Origin: Candidatus Daviesbacteria bacterium
GTDB taxonomy: Bacteria > Patescibacteriota > Microgenomatia > Daviesbacterales > UBA10151
Direction of reading: 5' to 3'
Assembly: GCA_016186955.1 (NCBI GenBank)
Contig: JACPKP010000009.1
Coordinates: 24,463-88,462 of the forward strand
DNA: 64,000 bases
The notes beneath the pieces are model-generated. The model did not search any database, had not been told where the DNA came from, and saw only the letters and a program-made list of their open reading frames with translations. The position numbers and the translations under genes were made by a program. Shown here one piece after another: positions 1 to 9,792 of the stretch (the first letter of the stretch is position 1; each line of letters starts with the position of its first letter).

Positions 1-1
1 C

Positions 2-178
2 AGGGGGCCGTATATTGCGGTAGTTTACTGGACGGTTGTAACAGAAGGAATACTTAAAGCAGGTGATGATGCAAAGAAGGTTAAAGTTTACCCTTTTGAT
101 AAGATTCCCCAAATTATGGCCTTTGACCATAAATTAATTATTGATGATTTTCTAAGCAAATACTTGACAAAACAATAG
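2..178 (+). CDS. 3' end of an upstream gene (partial); C-terminal region resembles NUDIX hydrolases (…IMAFDHKLIIDDFLSKY)
   Basis: Open frame from the window edge to the TAG at 176-178. The C-terminal AFDH..I.DF motif is typical of the NUDIX C-terminus. Partial, so the call is weak. Confidence 0.3.
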   Translation, partial: RGPYIAVVYWTVVTEGILKAGDDAKKVKVYPFDKIPQIMAFDHKLIIDDFLSKYLTKQ

Positions 179-192
179 TAAGTGTGTATAAT
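164..192 (+). promoter_or_regulatory. Consensus sigma70 promoter TTGACA-17 nt-TATAAT upstream of the 213 ORF
   Basis: TTGACA at 164-169, a 17-nt spacer, and TATAAT at 187-192. The ATG is at 213, and no Shine-Dalgarno sequence lies between them. Confidence 0.6.
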
Positions 193-212
193 ACACTAAG
201 TAATGATAAAAT

Positions 213-1141
213 ATGATAGAAAGCCAACCGGTAGATTTGTCAAAAATAATAATTGCCAGAAAATGGAGTTATATTGAATGGAATATGCACCATAGTAACC
301 TTACTATGGAAGAGTTTATTAAAAACCAAAAGTCTTTAGGAATAAAAACAGATGCCATGACAGAAAGCCATTACAAACAGCAAGCATCTTTGGAAAAAAT
401 ATTAGGTTTATTTGAAAGAAAGCCAAAAGTTTTGATTGGGGAAACCTTAACGAAAAAATTATTAAGTACAGCAAGTTTAGTTATCTCTTTGGGAGGAGAT
501 GACCATCTCAAATATGTTTCCCATTTTATTGGCGATCAATTAGCGCTGCCTCTAAATTCGGATTATGAACGCAGTGAAGGGGGTATGATTTCATATCTTC
601 CGGAGGACTTCAAAAGGCTTTTGCCGAAGCTGAAAAAAGGAGATTACGAGATTGAAGAGTGCCAAGATTACAAGCTACCCTACTCCACCCCAACCGTACG
701 CCTCTAAAAATTAAGCAACTTGCAATTTCGGAAATATATATCGGGACCTGGGCTAGAATCAGCATGTCCAAATATAACATTGGTCTTCCCCAAAGGCATA
801 AAGATTCGGGTGCATTGATTGCTTTGCCATCAGGTATCGGTGAAGGGAGCTGGTTTAATAGCGCTGGTGGCAACTTTCCTGATGTACAAACATTTTCATC
901 CAGATCAGAAAAAGTTGCCCGGTATTTGTCAACCGAAGTTTGGAGGGGCAGAACATTACCAGCAGCGGATAGGATTAAAAGAATCTATCCGGGTGAGCAA
1001 TTAAATATCTATTACACCTCTTATTACGGGGGGGTATTAAGTATAGATCCCAAAGAAGGATCAGGCAGGAATTATAAAATGTTAATGGGGGATAGGGCAA
1101 TTGTAGAGTTTGCTGGTAAGACTTTACGGGTAATGAAATGA
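213..1141 (+). CDS. NAD kinase-like (PpnK family) protein encoded as two overlapping ORFs in different frames (213-707 and 659-1141); possible frameshift or pseudogene
   Basis: ORF1 carries LVISLGGDDHLKY, resembling the GGDG motif. ORF2 carries LPSGIGEGSWFNSAGGNF, resembling the NAD kinase DGxxxSTPSGSTAYSxSAGGP motif. The spacing between the two motifs fits a single ~300-aa NAD kinase. Frame 2 opens at 656 and frame 0 closes at 707. The NGxLGFL motif was not recognised. Confidence 0.35.
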
Positions 1142-1965
1142 GGAATATGCAAACATTTAATGGGTTATTTACAAAAAAAATTGAAAATAGATTAATCTAT
1201 CTTTCCAGGATGGAGAAACCACTAAAAGATAAATTAAAAATTGTTAAATATATTCCCAAAAATGTGGCGAATATTTTGGATGTTGGCTGTGCAGACGGAT
1301 CTTTAACAATTGCCCTTGCAAAAACTTTTCCCGATAAAATTTTTTTAGGGGTGGATTTAGATGATAATTTTCTTGACTTAGCAAAAGAGAAAGCGCAGGG
1401 TTTAAAAAATATAAAATTTGAAAAAATTTATTTAAGGGATTTATTGGCCAGACCTGAGAGATTTGATGTAGTAATTTTCTGTTCTGTATTGCATGAATTT
1501 TTTAGTTATGGAGAAGGAATATCTTCTGTGTTGAAAGCAATTGCTGATGCGCATGAACTTTTGCGAAAAAGCGGGGTGATTATAATAAGGGATATGATTT
1601 TGTCAGAATACACTAAAAATGCAAACTTAAAATGCTTGGAAGTTGCAGATAAAATTTATAAAGCAGGTTTAGATATCACAAAAGAGTTTGAGGTAAGGTT
1701 TGGAAAATTAAATAATATATATAAAATTAACCACTACCTTTTAAAGTATTTTTATCAAGAAAACTGGAATAGGGAAGGAAAAGAAAATTATGTACCGGTT
1801 ACTATAGAACAATACGGACAGATCTTTTCTCTTTTAGGTATGAGGGAACAGTCGGAAAGCTACTTACTGGATTTTTTTAAGGATAAATGGAAAAAAGATT
1901 TTAATCTAACAGCTGATGAGATTTCAGAATTTAAATCTACAGGCATAATTGTTGCTCAAAAATAA
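1138..1965 (+). CDS. Class I SAM-dependent methyltransferase
   Basis: Motif I ILDVGCADGSLT. The ATGA overlap with the upstream ORF suggests an operon. Confidence 0.7.
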   Translation: MRNMQTFNGLFTKKIENRLIYLSRMEKPLKDKLKIVKYIPKNVANILDVGCADGSLTIALAKTFPDKIFLGVDLDDNFLDLAKEKAQGLKNIKFEKIYLRDLLARPERFDVVIFCSVLHEFFSYGEGISSVLKAIADAHELLRKSGVIIIRDMILSEYTKNANLKCLEVADKIYKAGLDITKEFEVRFGKLNNIYKINHYLLKYFYQENWNREGKENYVPVTIEQYGQIFSLLGMREQSESYLLDFFKDKWKKDFNLTADEISEFKSTGIIVAQK

Positions 1966-2929
1966 TATTAGTGATATTATCCTCGGGTTGGTTGTTATGT
2001 TAAAAGAATCACTTGTAAAAATTATTGGAAGTAAGGCTATGAGGGATTTTGTGACTAGCAGCAAAATGGCTAAACCTATTGTTGACAGGTTTGTGGCCGG
2101 AGTGGATATTGAAAGCGGAATCCGGGTTGTACATACCTTGAACAAGAGCGGGAAAAGAGCAACCCTTGACTACTTGGGAGAAGGAGTTAGCGATGAAGCT
2201 TCAACTAAAATACCGGTTGGTGTATACCTAGAGTTACTTGAAGCAATAAACGAAGCAGGTTTAGATGCGAACATTTCCCTGAAACTGACACAATTGGGGC
2301 TTGCTATAAATAATGAAGGCCATGTGATTAACCAGGATTTAGCAAAAAGAAATTTGCGCAAAATCGTAGAGAGGGCATCTAAATTTGACAATTTTGTCCG
2401 GATAGATATGGAATGCAGTGATTACACAAAAGCCACACTGGCGGTATTTTATGATACTGCAATAAGCCACAGTAACGTTGGTGTAGTGGTTCAGGCATAT
2501 CTTAAAAAAAGCGGAGAGTATGTTGATAATTTGATAAAGCATGGAGTAAGAGTGCGGCTTTGCAAAGGAGCATATTTGGAACCCCCCTCAGTTGCCTTCA
2601 CAAAAAAGACGGAAGTTGACCAAAATTACAAATACCTTATGGAACGTTTGTTAAATATGGGTAACTTTCCGGCAATTGCAACCCATGATGTTAAGTTGAT
2701 AGATTATGCAAAAAATTTTGCCGAAAACCGTAAAATTAAACCTAACCGCTTTGAATTTCAAATGCTTTATGGTATCAAAAGGAGCTTGCAAGACGGATTG
2801 GTATCTGATGGATATGGGGTCAGGGTTTATGTTCCTTTTGGCGGAGAATGGTACCCGTATTTAACCAGGCGTCTTGCAGAACGTCCTGAAAATCTTTTAT
2901 TTTTTCTAACGAATTTATTTAAAAAATAA
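1949..2929 (+). CDS. Proline dehydrogenase (PRODH/PutA-like catalytic domain)
   Basis: RFVAG...ATLDYLGEGV and the TIM-barrel pattern are characteristic of the proline dehydrogenase family. The true start is probably an internal Met near 2006 or 2039. Confidence 0.65.
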   Translation: MLLKNNISDIILGLVVMLKESLVKIIGSKAMRDFVTSSKMAKPIVDRFVAGVDIESGIRVVHTLNKSGKRATLDYLGEGVSDEASTKIPVGVYLELLEAINEAGLDANISLKLTQLGLAINNEGHVINQDLAKRNLRKIVERASKFDNFVRIDMECSDYTKATLAVFYDTAISHSNVGVVVQAYLKKSGEYVDNLIKHGVRVRLCKGAYLEPPSVAFTKKTEVDQNYKYLMERLLNMGNFPAIATHDVKLIDYAKNFAENRKIKPNRFEFQMLYGIKRSLQDGLVSDGYGVRVYVPFGGEWYPYLTRRLAERPENLLFFLTNLFKK

Positions 2930-2946
2930 TTTGTTAAAATATCAAT

Positions 2947-4890
2947 ATGAGTGAAAATAATACTGGCCCGGAATTTCTTCAGCAAAAATATCAATTAAAT
3001 AAAGATCCCGGGGTAATAGCTAGCGCGCAGCGTCGTGAACAACAAACAGGAGAAAAGGTTGACCAGGGTGATTTTCAAACCCGTATCCAAAATTACCTTG
3101 ACCGTCTAAGGAGAATCATTAACCCCCCTAAACTGGAAGGCCATGATGGTTTTGACAGAAAGGAAAGAAACCTGGCAATGATAAAAGAAGCTCTTTACCG
3201 GCAATTTATTACTACCCCTGAGGATATCCCTGAAAGCTATTATGATGCAATAAAAAGAAGGCATAGGGAAGAAGGCCATGGTGATATTGAAATTCCCAAA
3301 GATTATAGGCAAGAACTGGCCCAAACTATCATAGAAGACCAAAAAAAATCACTTGATCTCTGGGTTGATTATCTGGCTTCAGATGAGGCTAAATATCCTG
3401 ACTTTCTTAAATATTTTGCCTTTCGCAGTGTTCTGCGCATGGGTAATTATGATAAAAACAAAGGTATTTTTAATGAGAGAACAAAAGGCAGAAAAACAGT
3501 TGCTCCTTTCCCTGAACTCAACAGGGAAGCTTTAGCAATCGTTTTAGGTGATTTGGAGAAAAAATACCCCAGTGGAAAAGCTAAATCAGATTTTGAATTT
3601 ATGGGCCGTTCTGACATATCTTACGAGGCAAAACAAAAATATCAAAAAGCTTTAGAGAATAAAAACTTTGCAGATCTTTATGCCCTGGCCCTGGAAGAGT
3701 TCAAACCAATTGCTGAAGAATTATTAAAGAAAACAGAAGGGAGTTGGATTAAGTATCCAAAAGAATCTGACCCCAAAAAGCTTGTTGACTCCATTGCAAA
3801 CTATGGCACAGGTTGGTGTTTAAGGGGTGAGGCGATGGCCCAGCGTTACTTAGTCCGTGATAAAAATGACCTGTATGTTTACTATTCCCAGGATCAGGCA
3901 GGAAAGAGTGTTGTCCCAAGGGTAGTTATGGTTATAAACCAAAATGGCAAAATTACTGAAATAAGAGGGGTGGCAACCCAGGAGCACCTTGACCCTTACA
4001 TAGGCCAAGTTGTGGAGGACAAACTCAAGGAACCGGAATTTAAAAGAGAAGGCCAGGCATATAAAAAGAGGTCTTCTGATATGAAACATTTAACTGCAAT
4101 TGAAAATAAAATAAAAGCCAAAGAGGGGCTTACAGGTGAGGACTTAATTTTCCTTTATGAGATAGACTCTAAAATTGAGGGGTTTGGCTATGGTGCAGGT
4201 ACAGATCCAAGAGTCAAAGAGCTCCTGTCCCAAAGAAAACCTGAGGAGGATATGTTAATAATTTTTAACTGTGAGCCTTCTCAAATTGCCCATACTGCCT
4301 CAGAAATCAAATCTGGCACCAAAGCATTTGTGGGTCAACTGGAACCAGGTATATTTGATTTACTTTCAAAATACAATATTGAACACATCTATACCAACTT
4401 TCCTGAAGGGAAAATACAAATTCAGGATCTTACCATTGGTGGTAAGCAAAAAGAACAGTTACTAAAGGATTTGAGAGAAGCAAACATTAAACTTCCCTTT
4501 GATGATTTGATTGAAAGTTATGACTTTACCACTTTGCCAGGTTCAAAAATTATTACAGTAGTAAGATTGAAGGTCAAAGATTTAGGGTTCACTCGAGTTT
4601 TTACTGACCTAATGTACCAAAGAGCAAGTGATCTGGGTTTAGATCTTTGCCTTCCTGAGGTGGCTGTGTACCAGAGGCTAAAAGATATAAGTCAACCACC
4701 AGAAAGATCATACTGGATTGCTATGAAACAAATCGCTGATCGCTATAATATACTGCACATATTCCATTTGGTACACCGACAAGATGGTCTATGGTTAGAC
4801 TGTAATCGGGTTCTTCCTATTGGTGGTAGATGGAATTCTGACTACGAATTTGTCTTCACTCTCCGCAAGAGTAAATCCTCAAACCTTTAG
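2947..4890 (+). CDS. Hypothetical 647-aa protein, no recognisable motif
   Basis: Long uninterrupted ORF whose codon usage matches its neighbours. No domain was identified by eye. Confidence 0.6.
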   Translation: MSENNTGPEFLQQKYQLNKDPGVIASAQRREQQTGEKVDQGDFQTRIQNYLDRLRRIINPPKLEGHDGFDRKERNLAMIKEALYRQFITTPEDIPESYYDAIKRRHREEGHGDIEIPKDYRQELAQTIIEDQKKSLDLWVDYLASDEAKYPDFLKYFAFRSVLRMGNYDKNKGIFNERTKGRKTVAPFPELNREALAIVLGDLEKKYPSGKAKSDFEFMGRSDISYEAKQKYQKALENKNFADLYALALEEFKPIAEELLKKTEGSWIKYPKESDPKKLVDSIANYGTGWCLRGEAMAQRYLVRDKNDLYVYYSQDQAGKSVVPRVVMVINQNGKITEIRGVATQEHLDPYIGQVVEDKLKEPEFKREGQAYKKRSSDMKHLTAIENKIKAKEGLTGEDLIFLYEIDSKIEGFGYGAGTDPRVKELLSQRKPEEDMLIIFNCEPSQIAHTASEIKSGTKAFVGQLEPGIFDLLSKYNIEHIYTNFPEGKIQIQDLTIGGKQKEQLLKDLREANIKLPFDDLIESYDFTTLPGSKIITVVRLKVKDLGFTRVFTDLMYQRASDLGLDLCLPEVAVYQRLKDISQPPERSYWIAMKQIADRYNILHIFHLVHRQDGLWLDCNRVLPIGGRWNSDYEFVFTLRKSKSSNL

Positions 4891-4980
4891 ACCCCTTGAT
4901 TCTTTCGCATTAAGACAAAAAATCGTTAAAATTTAATCTTCACTTGATTGAGGCGGGAATGATAGGTGGAAGCACTAAAG

Positions 4981-5004
4981 AAACCCCCTAAAAAATGGGG
5001 GTTT
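4981..5004. terminator. Bidirectional intrinsic terminator hairpin AAACCCCC-TAAAAAAT-GGGGGTTT between convergent genes
   Basis: Perfect 8-bp G/C-rich stem flanked by A and T runs. It lies between the stop of the + gene (4890) and the stop of the - strand small gene (5024). Confidence 0.6.
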
Positions 5005-5023
5005 CTTTAGATTTTGGCTTGGC

Positions 5024-5167
5024 TTAGACAGCTGCGCCAATTTTGTACATTCCAGTGCCACAGACCGAACAAACTCCTTTAGCTGCTTGTTTACCATTTT
5101 TCATTGTTACACTTTGAACATTGTTTGCATCTCTTTTAGTGCGGCACTTAACACAATACATCTGCAT
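5024..5167 (-). CDS. DUF5679-family small zinc-ribbon protein (47 aa), absent from the supplied ORF track
   Basis: Minus-strand translation gives MQMYCVKCRTKRDANNVQSVTMKNGKQAAKGVCSVCGTGMYKIGAAV. It has the CxxC...CxxC pattern and a TMKNG.QA.KG.C..CGT motif typical of DUF5679 proteins common in CPR genomes. Confidence 0.65.
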   Translation of the reverse strand: MQMYCVKCRTKRDANNVQSVTMKNGKQAAKGVCSVCGTGMYKIGAAV

Positions 5168-5193
5168 TATTCAACTCACCTCCCTTCGTAATT

Positions 5194-5502
5194 TTAAAAA
5201 CCTAAATGAATCAGATTCATCCGTAGGCTCCAGTATAGCAATAATTGTACAGTTAGCGCAAGAAAGGATAGCACAAAAATCTTTGTCAGGTCTTGGCGTA
5301 GGTACATTGTTCCAGTCTCCACAGGAGTATTAATACGGTTGAAAGCTTGTGCATTGCGGGTGATCATGTCTGCAGTGATAAGGGCTTTTTGTGTATCAGG
5401 CCTGTTTTGATCTTGCTGATTTTTAGTAATCTTATGAGGACTGCCGTATAGTTGTTGTCTTAATACATCCAACCTTCTTTGGTCTAATGAAACTTTAGGC
5501 AT
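5194..5502 (-). CDS. Hypothetical protein (102 aa) immediately upstream of the DUF5679 gene
   Basis: ORF sits 27 nt upstream of the DUF5679 gene on the same strand. No motif. The hydrophobic C-terminus is odd. Confidence 0.3.
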   Translation of the reverse strand: MPKVSLDQRRLDVLRQQLYGSPHKITKNQQDQNRPDTQKALITADMITRNAQAFNRINTPVETGTMYLRQDLTKIFVLSFLALTVQLLLYWSLRMNLIHLGF

Positions 5503-5661
5503 AGTGGAATTCTTGCAGGATCAGCGAAGCTGAACCTATTTGAGCCTAACACGCCTGGAAAGCCTTGTCAAGCACTAAATGAGGCTAAAATTATAGGATT
5601 AAAAGATTGTCGAGTTTGACAATAGTATGTAATATCCGCTAAACTTAAAAAAGAGTAACTT

Positions 5662-6129
5662 ATGTATCCGACTGGAGCAGCAGCAGAGATTGTAGTTTTG
5701 TTTTTGGTTGCCTGGCTCTTGGTTTTGAGTTTTTTATTTTGGCGGGAGAAAAATTTTTTGCATAAACTTTTCCCCAAAAGCCAGGAAAGGGATATCAGGA
5801 ATAAATTTAATGAAGTTTTAGAGGCGATAGAAAGCTTTGGTAAAAAAGGGGAAGTTTTAAATAATAATTTTAAAAAGCTTTCCAGGGAGGGGTTGGATTA
5901 TATCCAAAGGGTTGAAGTTTTAAGGTATAATCCGTACAAAGATACCGGTGGGGACCAGAGTTTTTCGATCGTTCTTTTAAACGGTAAGATGGATGGTTTT
6001 GTTTTAACAAGTTTACACTCAAGGGCAGGGACGCGGGTTTATGCAAAACCTATCAAAAATGGTCAGGGTGAGTTAGAGCTTTCTAAAGAAGAAGCAGAAG
6101 TAGTAAAGAAAGCCATAGCTTTAAATTAA
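5662..6129 (+). CDS. DUF4446 family protein
   Basis: VLRYNPYKDTGGDQSFSIVLLNGKMDGFVLTSLHSRAGTRVYAKPI matches the DUF4446 signature as I remember it. Has an N-terminal TM helix. Confidence 0.6.
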   Translation: MYPTGAAAEIVVLFLVAWLLVLSFLFWREKNFLHKLFPKSQERDIRNKFNEVLEAIESFGKKGEVLNNNFKKLSREGLDYIQRVEVLRYNPYKDTGGDQSFSIVLLNGKMDGFVLTSLHSRAGTRVYAKPIKNGQGELELSKEEAEVVKKAIALN

Positions 6130-6132
6130 TTT

Positions 6133-7329
6133 ATGTTTACAAATTTAACAACAACGCAAAAAAGCCTGATTGTTGCCATTATGACTGTTGTAATTTATAC
6201 TGTTTCATCCGCTGTCTCATATTCAATTTTTTCAGCAATTGGCAATAAAGCCGGAAGTGTCAATTTGAAGACTTCATTGCCGGGTCCTGCGAACAGTCTT
6301 GAAGAAGACCCCTCTGTCCCAAAAACTGAAAGTTGTCCCCTAAACGGCGCCATGCATTCCAAAGAGGCGCGGCAATCCTGGGAATTAAGGAGACCGCTTG
6401 CTGTAATGATCGAAAACCATGTTGAAGCCAGGCCTCAGTCCGGTTTAACCAGCGCGGATATTATATATGAAGTGGTTGCTGAGGGAGGCATAACACGGTT
6501 TATGGCAGTATACCTCTGCAACTTGGCTGATATCCAGATAGGACCGGTCCGCTCAGCCAGGACTTACTTTTTAGACTGGCTCTCAGAATATGATGCTTTG
6601 TATGCGCATGTGGGAGGCGCAAATTGTACAGGGGGGCCGGCTGCCCCGGGATGCCAAAATGGCGCCCCGGCAGATGCCTTAGGGCAAATTATCACCTATA
6701 AAATTAAGGATTTAAACCAGTTTAGTATTGGGTTTCCGACATTCTGGAGGGATTACCAGCGGCTTGGCCATGCTGTTGCCACAGAACATACCATGTATTC
6801 AACAACCCAGAAATTATGGGAGATAGGGGCTAAAAAAGGTTGGACTGCCACTGATTCGGCAGGATTGAAGTGGGAAAATAAATTTACTCCATGGAAGTTT
6901 AAGGATGCTGATAATAAGTCCGGATTGACAACAAAAATTGATGTAACTTTTTGGGAGAACCAGAATGATTACAAGGTCGCCTGGAATTATGACAGCGCCT
7001 GTAATTGTTATAAAAGAAAAAATGGCGGGGTGGACCATACAGACTTTAATAATAAAAAGCAGCTTAGCCCAACTAATGTTGTGGTGCAATTTATCAAGGA
7101 ATCCAATGCCAATGATGGGTATGAAAATAATGTGCATCTTCTCTATGCAAACAAAGGGGAGGGCAGGGTATTAATCTTCCAAAACGGAACTGTAATAGAA
7201 GGTAAGTGGATGAAAACAAACAGGTTATCCCGCGAAAAGTTTGTAGATGCTAAAGGTCAAGAAATAAATTTTGTGAAAGGTCAAATTTGGATCCAAACTG
7301 TCCCGGAGGGATCAAAGGTAAGTTACTAA
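6133..7329 (+). CDS. DUF3048 domain lipoprotein/secreted protein (YerB-like)
   Basis: RPLAVMIENHVEARPQSGLTSADIIYE is the DUF3048 core. Has an N-terminal TM or signal helix. Confidence 0.65.
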   Translation: MFTNLTTTQKSLIVAIMTVVIYTVSSAVSYSIFSAIGNKAGSVNLKTSLPGPANSLEEDPSVPKTESCPLNGAMHSKEARQSWELRRPLAVMIENHVEARPQSGLTSADIIYEVVAEGGITRFMAVYLCNLADIQIGPVRSARTYFLDWLSEYDALYAHVGGANCTGGPAAPGCQNGAPADALGQIITYKIKDLNQFSIGFPTFWRDYQRLGHAVATEHTMYSTTQKLWEIGAKKGWTATDSAGLKWENKFTPWKFKDADNKSGLTTKIDVTFWENQNDYKVAWNYDSACNCYKRKNGGVDHTDFNNKKQLSPTNVVVQFIKESNANDGYENNVHLLYANKGEGRVLIFQNGTVIEGKWMKTNRLSREKFVDAKGQEINFVKGQIWIQTVPEGSKVSY

Positions 7330-7378
7330 CTCTAGGTGAAACCGGGATCAACTTTCTGTCCGGAAGGAGGCGAAAAAT

Positions 7379-7963
7379 ATGGAAGAGCTGTTTGTTTCCA
7401 AAGTCCGCGTTAAAATACTACAACTTTTTTTAGGCTCTCAGGAACCACTTTTTCATGTCAGGGAAATTGTCAGGCGTGTCGGGGAAGAGATTAATGCAGT
7501 CAGGCGCGAACTCGCCCGGATGGAGAAGTTTGGCATGGTTACATCAGAATGGAGGGCAAACAGGAGGTTGTACAGATGGAGAAAAGACTATATTTATTAT
7601 CCTGAACTTCTGGCATTGGTTGTCAAATCAACGGGATTGGGTGGGGTGATTATCAAAAACCGTATTAAATTAGGCAGGGTTAAATTTGCTTTTTTATCCA
7701 CCAGGTTTGTAAAAAATGAACCTTCCGGGGCTGAAGATGTTGACTTTTTAATCGTGGGGCAGATTGTGTTGCCGGAGCTACAGGCAGATATATCGGATGA
7801 ACAGACCAAGAGGGAAAGGGAGATTAATTATTCTTTTATGGATGAGGCTGAGTTTAACTTTAGGGTTAGGAGACGTGACCCGTTCATTTTACGGGTTTTA
7901 GTACAGCCTAAAATTATGCTGATCGGCAATGAAAATGAGATGCTTGAAGGGGTGTTGGTATGA
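7379..7963 (+). CDS. Winged-helix transcriptional regulator with a C-terminal nucleotidyltransferase-like region
   Basis: The N-terminal third resembles a wHTH domain (RVKILQLFL...HVREIVRRVGEEINAVRRELARMEKFGMV). Overlaps secD by 4 nt. Confidence 0.45.
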   Translation: MEELFVSKVRVKILQLFLGSQEPLFHVREIVRRVGEEINAVRRELARMEKFGMVTSEWRANRRLYRWRKDYIYYPELLALVVKSTGLGGVIIKNRIKLGRVKFAFLSTRFVKNEPSGAEDVDFLIVGQIVLPELQADISDEQTKREREINYSFMDEAEFNFRVRRRDPFILRVLVQPKIMLIGNENEMLEGVLV

Positions 7964-9297
7964 AACCGCGCCGAATTTTATGGTTCATAATTATTCTGGT
8001 CGTATTTAGTATTTTTGCAGATTTACCGAAGGTCTCTTTTGAACTGCCAACACTCAAGATAAACGGGAGTAATTTTTTTGGGGATAAAAAAATAAATTTA
8101 AACCAATTTGTTGGTGTTTTTCCGCTGAAGCTTGGTTTAGATTTGCAAGGCGGTACCCAGCTGGTATTACAAACACAGATGGAAAAAATTGCCGCCGGAG
8201 ACCGGGATAAAGCTTTAGAATCAGCGCGGGAAGTTATTGAAAGAAGGGTTAATTTATTTGGTGTGTCGGAATCTGTGGTGCAGGCATCAAAGATTGGGGG
8301 GGAGAGGAGGATTTTGGTTGATTTGCCGGGTATAAAGGATGCCAGCGAGGCAGCCTTATTGGTAGGTAGGACTGCCCAGCTTGATTTTAGGGAGTTGCCC
8401 GCAACAGAGTCGGCAGAAGCTACAAAATCAGGCATCCCTGCAATATATTTTGCCAAACCAACCGGATTGACAGGGGCAGACCTAAAAAGGGCCCAGGTTA
8501 CTTTCGGTTCAGGCGGAGCAAAACAAGCCGGGCCTCAGGTATCTGTGGAATTTAACGAAGCCGGGGCAAAAAAGTTTGCCGAGATTACAAAAAGAAACGT
8601 AGGCAGGCAGCTGCCGATATTTTTAGATGATACGCCGGTATCTGCACCTGTTGTCCAGCAGGAGATAGCAGGGGGTAATGCCGTAATTTCCGGGCAATTT
8701 ACCACTGATGAAGCCAAGAAACTGGCGATCCAACTTAATGCAGGGGCTTTGCCTGTCCCGATAAAGATTATAGAGCAGCGTTCAATTGGGGCATCACTGG
8801 GCCAGGAGTCAATTAACAAAAGTTTGGTGGCAGGCAGCTTAGGTCTTTTGGTAGTTATAATTTATATGGCGCTTTATTACGGGGTTTGGGGGATCATTGC
8901 CGATCTGGCGCTTATTATTTACTCACTTTTTGTTTTGGCGATATTTAAGACAGGGTTATTTATATTGCCGCCGGTTACCTTAACATTGGCAGGGATTGCA
9001 GGTTTTGTCTTATCCATCGGCATGGCGGTTGATGCTAATATTTTGGTTTTTGAAAGGATGAAAGAAGAGAGGCGTTGGGGTAAAAGCGCAGTGCAGGCCC
9101 TGGACCTCGGATTTAAAAGGGCCTGGACCTCAATTAAGGATTCCAATATTTCATCCCTGATTACAGCATCGATACTTTACTTTTTAGGAACTGGGTCGGT
9201 TAAGGGTTTTGCACTGACCCTGGCTATTGGGGTTTTGGTCTCCATGTTTACAGCTTTAGTTGTAACAAAGACATTTTTAAAACTTCTTATCAAATGA
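7960..9297 (+). CDS. secD: Protein translocase subunit SecD
   Basis: LGLDLQGGTQLVLQ motif, a periplasmic domain and C-terminal TM bundle. Typical SecD length. Confidence 0.9.
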   Translation: MKPRRILWFIIILVVFSIFADLPKVSFELPTLKINGSNFFGDKKINLNQFVGVFPLKLGLDLQGGTQLVLQTQMEKIAAGDRDKALESAREVIERRVNLFGVSESVVQASKIGGERRILVDLPGIKDASEAALLVGRTAQLDFRELPATESAEATKSGIPAIYFAKPTGLTGADLKRAQVTFGSGGAKQAGPQVSVEFNEAGAKKFAEITKRNVGRQLPIFLDDTPVSAPVVQQEIAGGNAVISGQFTTDEAKKLAIQLNAGALPVPIKIIEQRSIGASLGQESINKSLVAGSLGLLVVIIYMALYYGVWGIIADLALIIYSLFVLAIFKTGLFILPPVTLTLAGIAGFVLSIGMAVDANILVFERMKEERRWGKSAVQALDLGFKRAWTSIKDSNISSLITASILYFLGTGSVKGFALTLAIGVLVSMFTALVVTKTFLKLLIK

Positions 9298-9791
9298 AAA
9301 AAATTTCTTCCAAAAAAAAAGCGCTGTTGGATAAAAAAATAATACAGAGTTTGAAAATCAGCTGGAAAAACTGTAACAGCGCTACTTTGGACTTTGCCAA
9401 TTCAGTCCCTGCCTCTTCCTGGCAAAGCAAACCATTCCAGTTTAGGTTTAAGTCTTTTGCCTGGGAATTTGCGTGTATTACCCGGACAAGGTTTTGTCAT
9501 CTTGAAGCATTCAAGACAGGCAGGCTCTCGTTTGCTGAAAGAAGTTCAGCGCCAAAAAAATCCAATCTGGAGAAGGAACCGAAGGCAATAATTATAAAAG
9601 AGTTGAATAAGCTGGGAACAAGTTTGTTAAGGGAAATTGATGCGGTTGACTCCATACAAAAGGTTGATTTTATAACCTGGCTTTTGCAGCACGAAAGGGT
9701 TCATCAGGGTAAATTAGTACTTTATTTTGCAACTTCCGGTTTAAAAACCCCCAACTCTTTTAAAAATACCTGGGGAAGATCAAATTTTTAA
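9294..9791 (+). CDS. DinB/YfiT-like metal-dependent hydrolase family protein (tentative)
   Basis: The WLLQHERVHQGKL segment resembles the DinB_2 HxxxH..Q pattern. It is inserted between secD and secF. Confidence 0.35.
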   Translation: MKKISSKKKALLDKKIIQSLKISWKNCNSATLDFANSVPASSWQSKPFQFRFKSFAWEFACITRTRFCHLEAFKTGRLSFAERSSAPKKSNLEKEPKAIIIKELNKLGTSLLREIDAVDSIQKVDFITWLLQHERVHQGKLVLYFATSGLKTPNSFKNTWGRSNF

Positions 9792-9792
9792 A

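Noticed and set aside
5503-5661. TTGACA hexamer at about 5622 as promoter of the DUF4446 gene
   Set aside because: No acceptable -10 element lies at 16-18 nt spacing, so no promoter is called.
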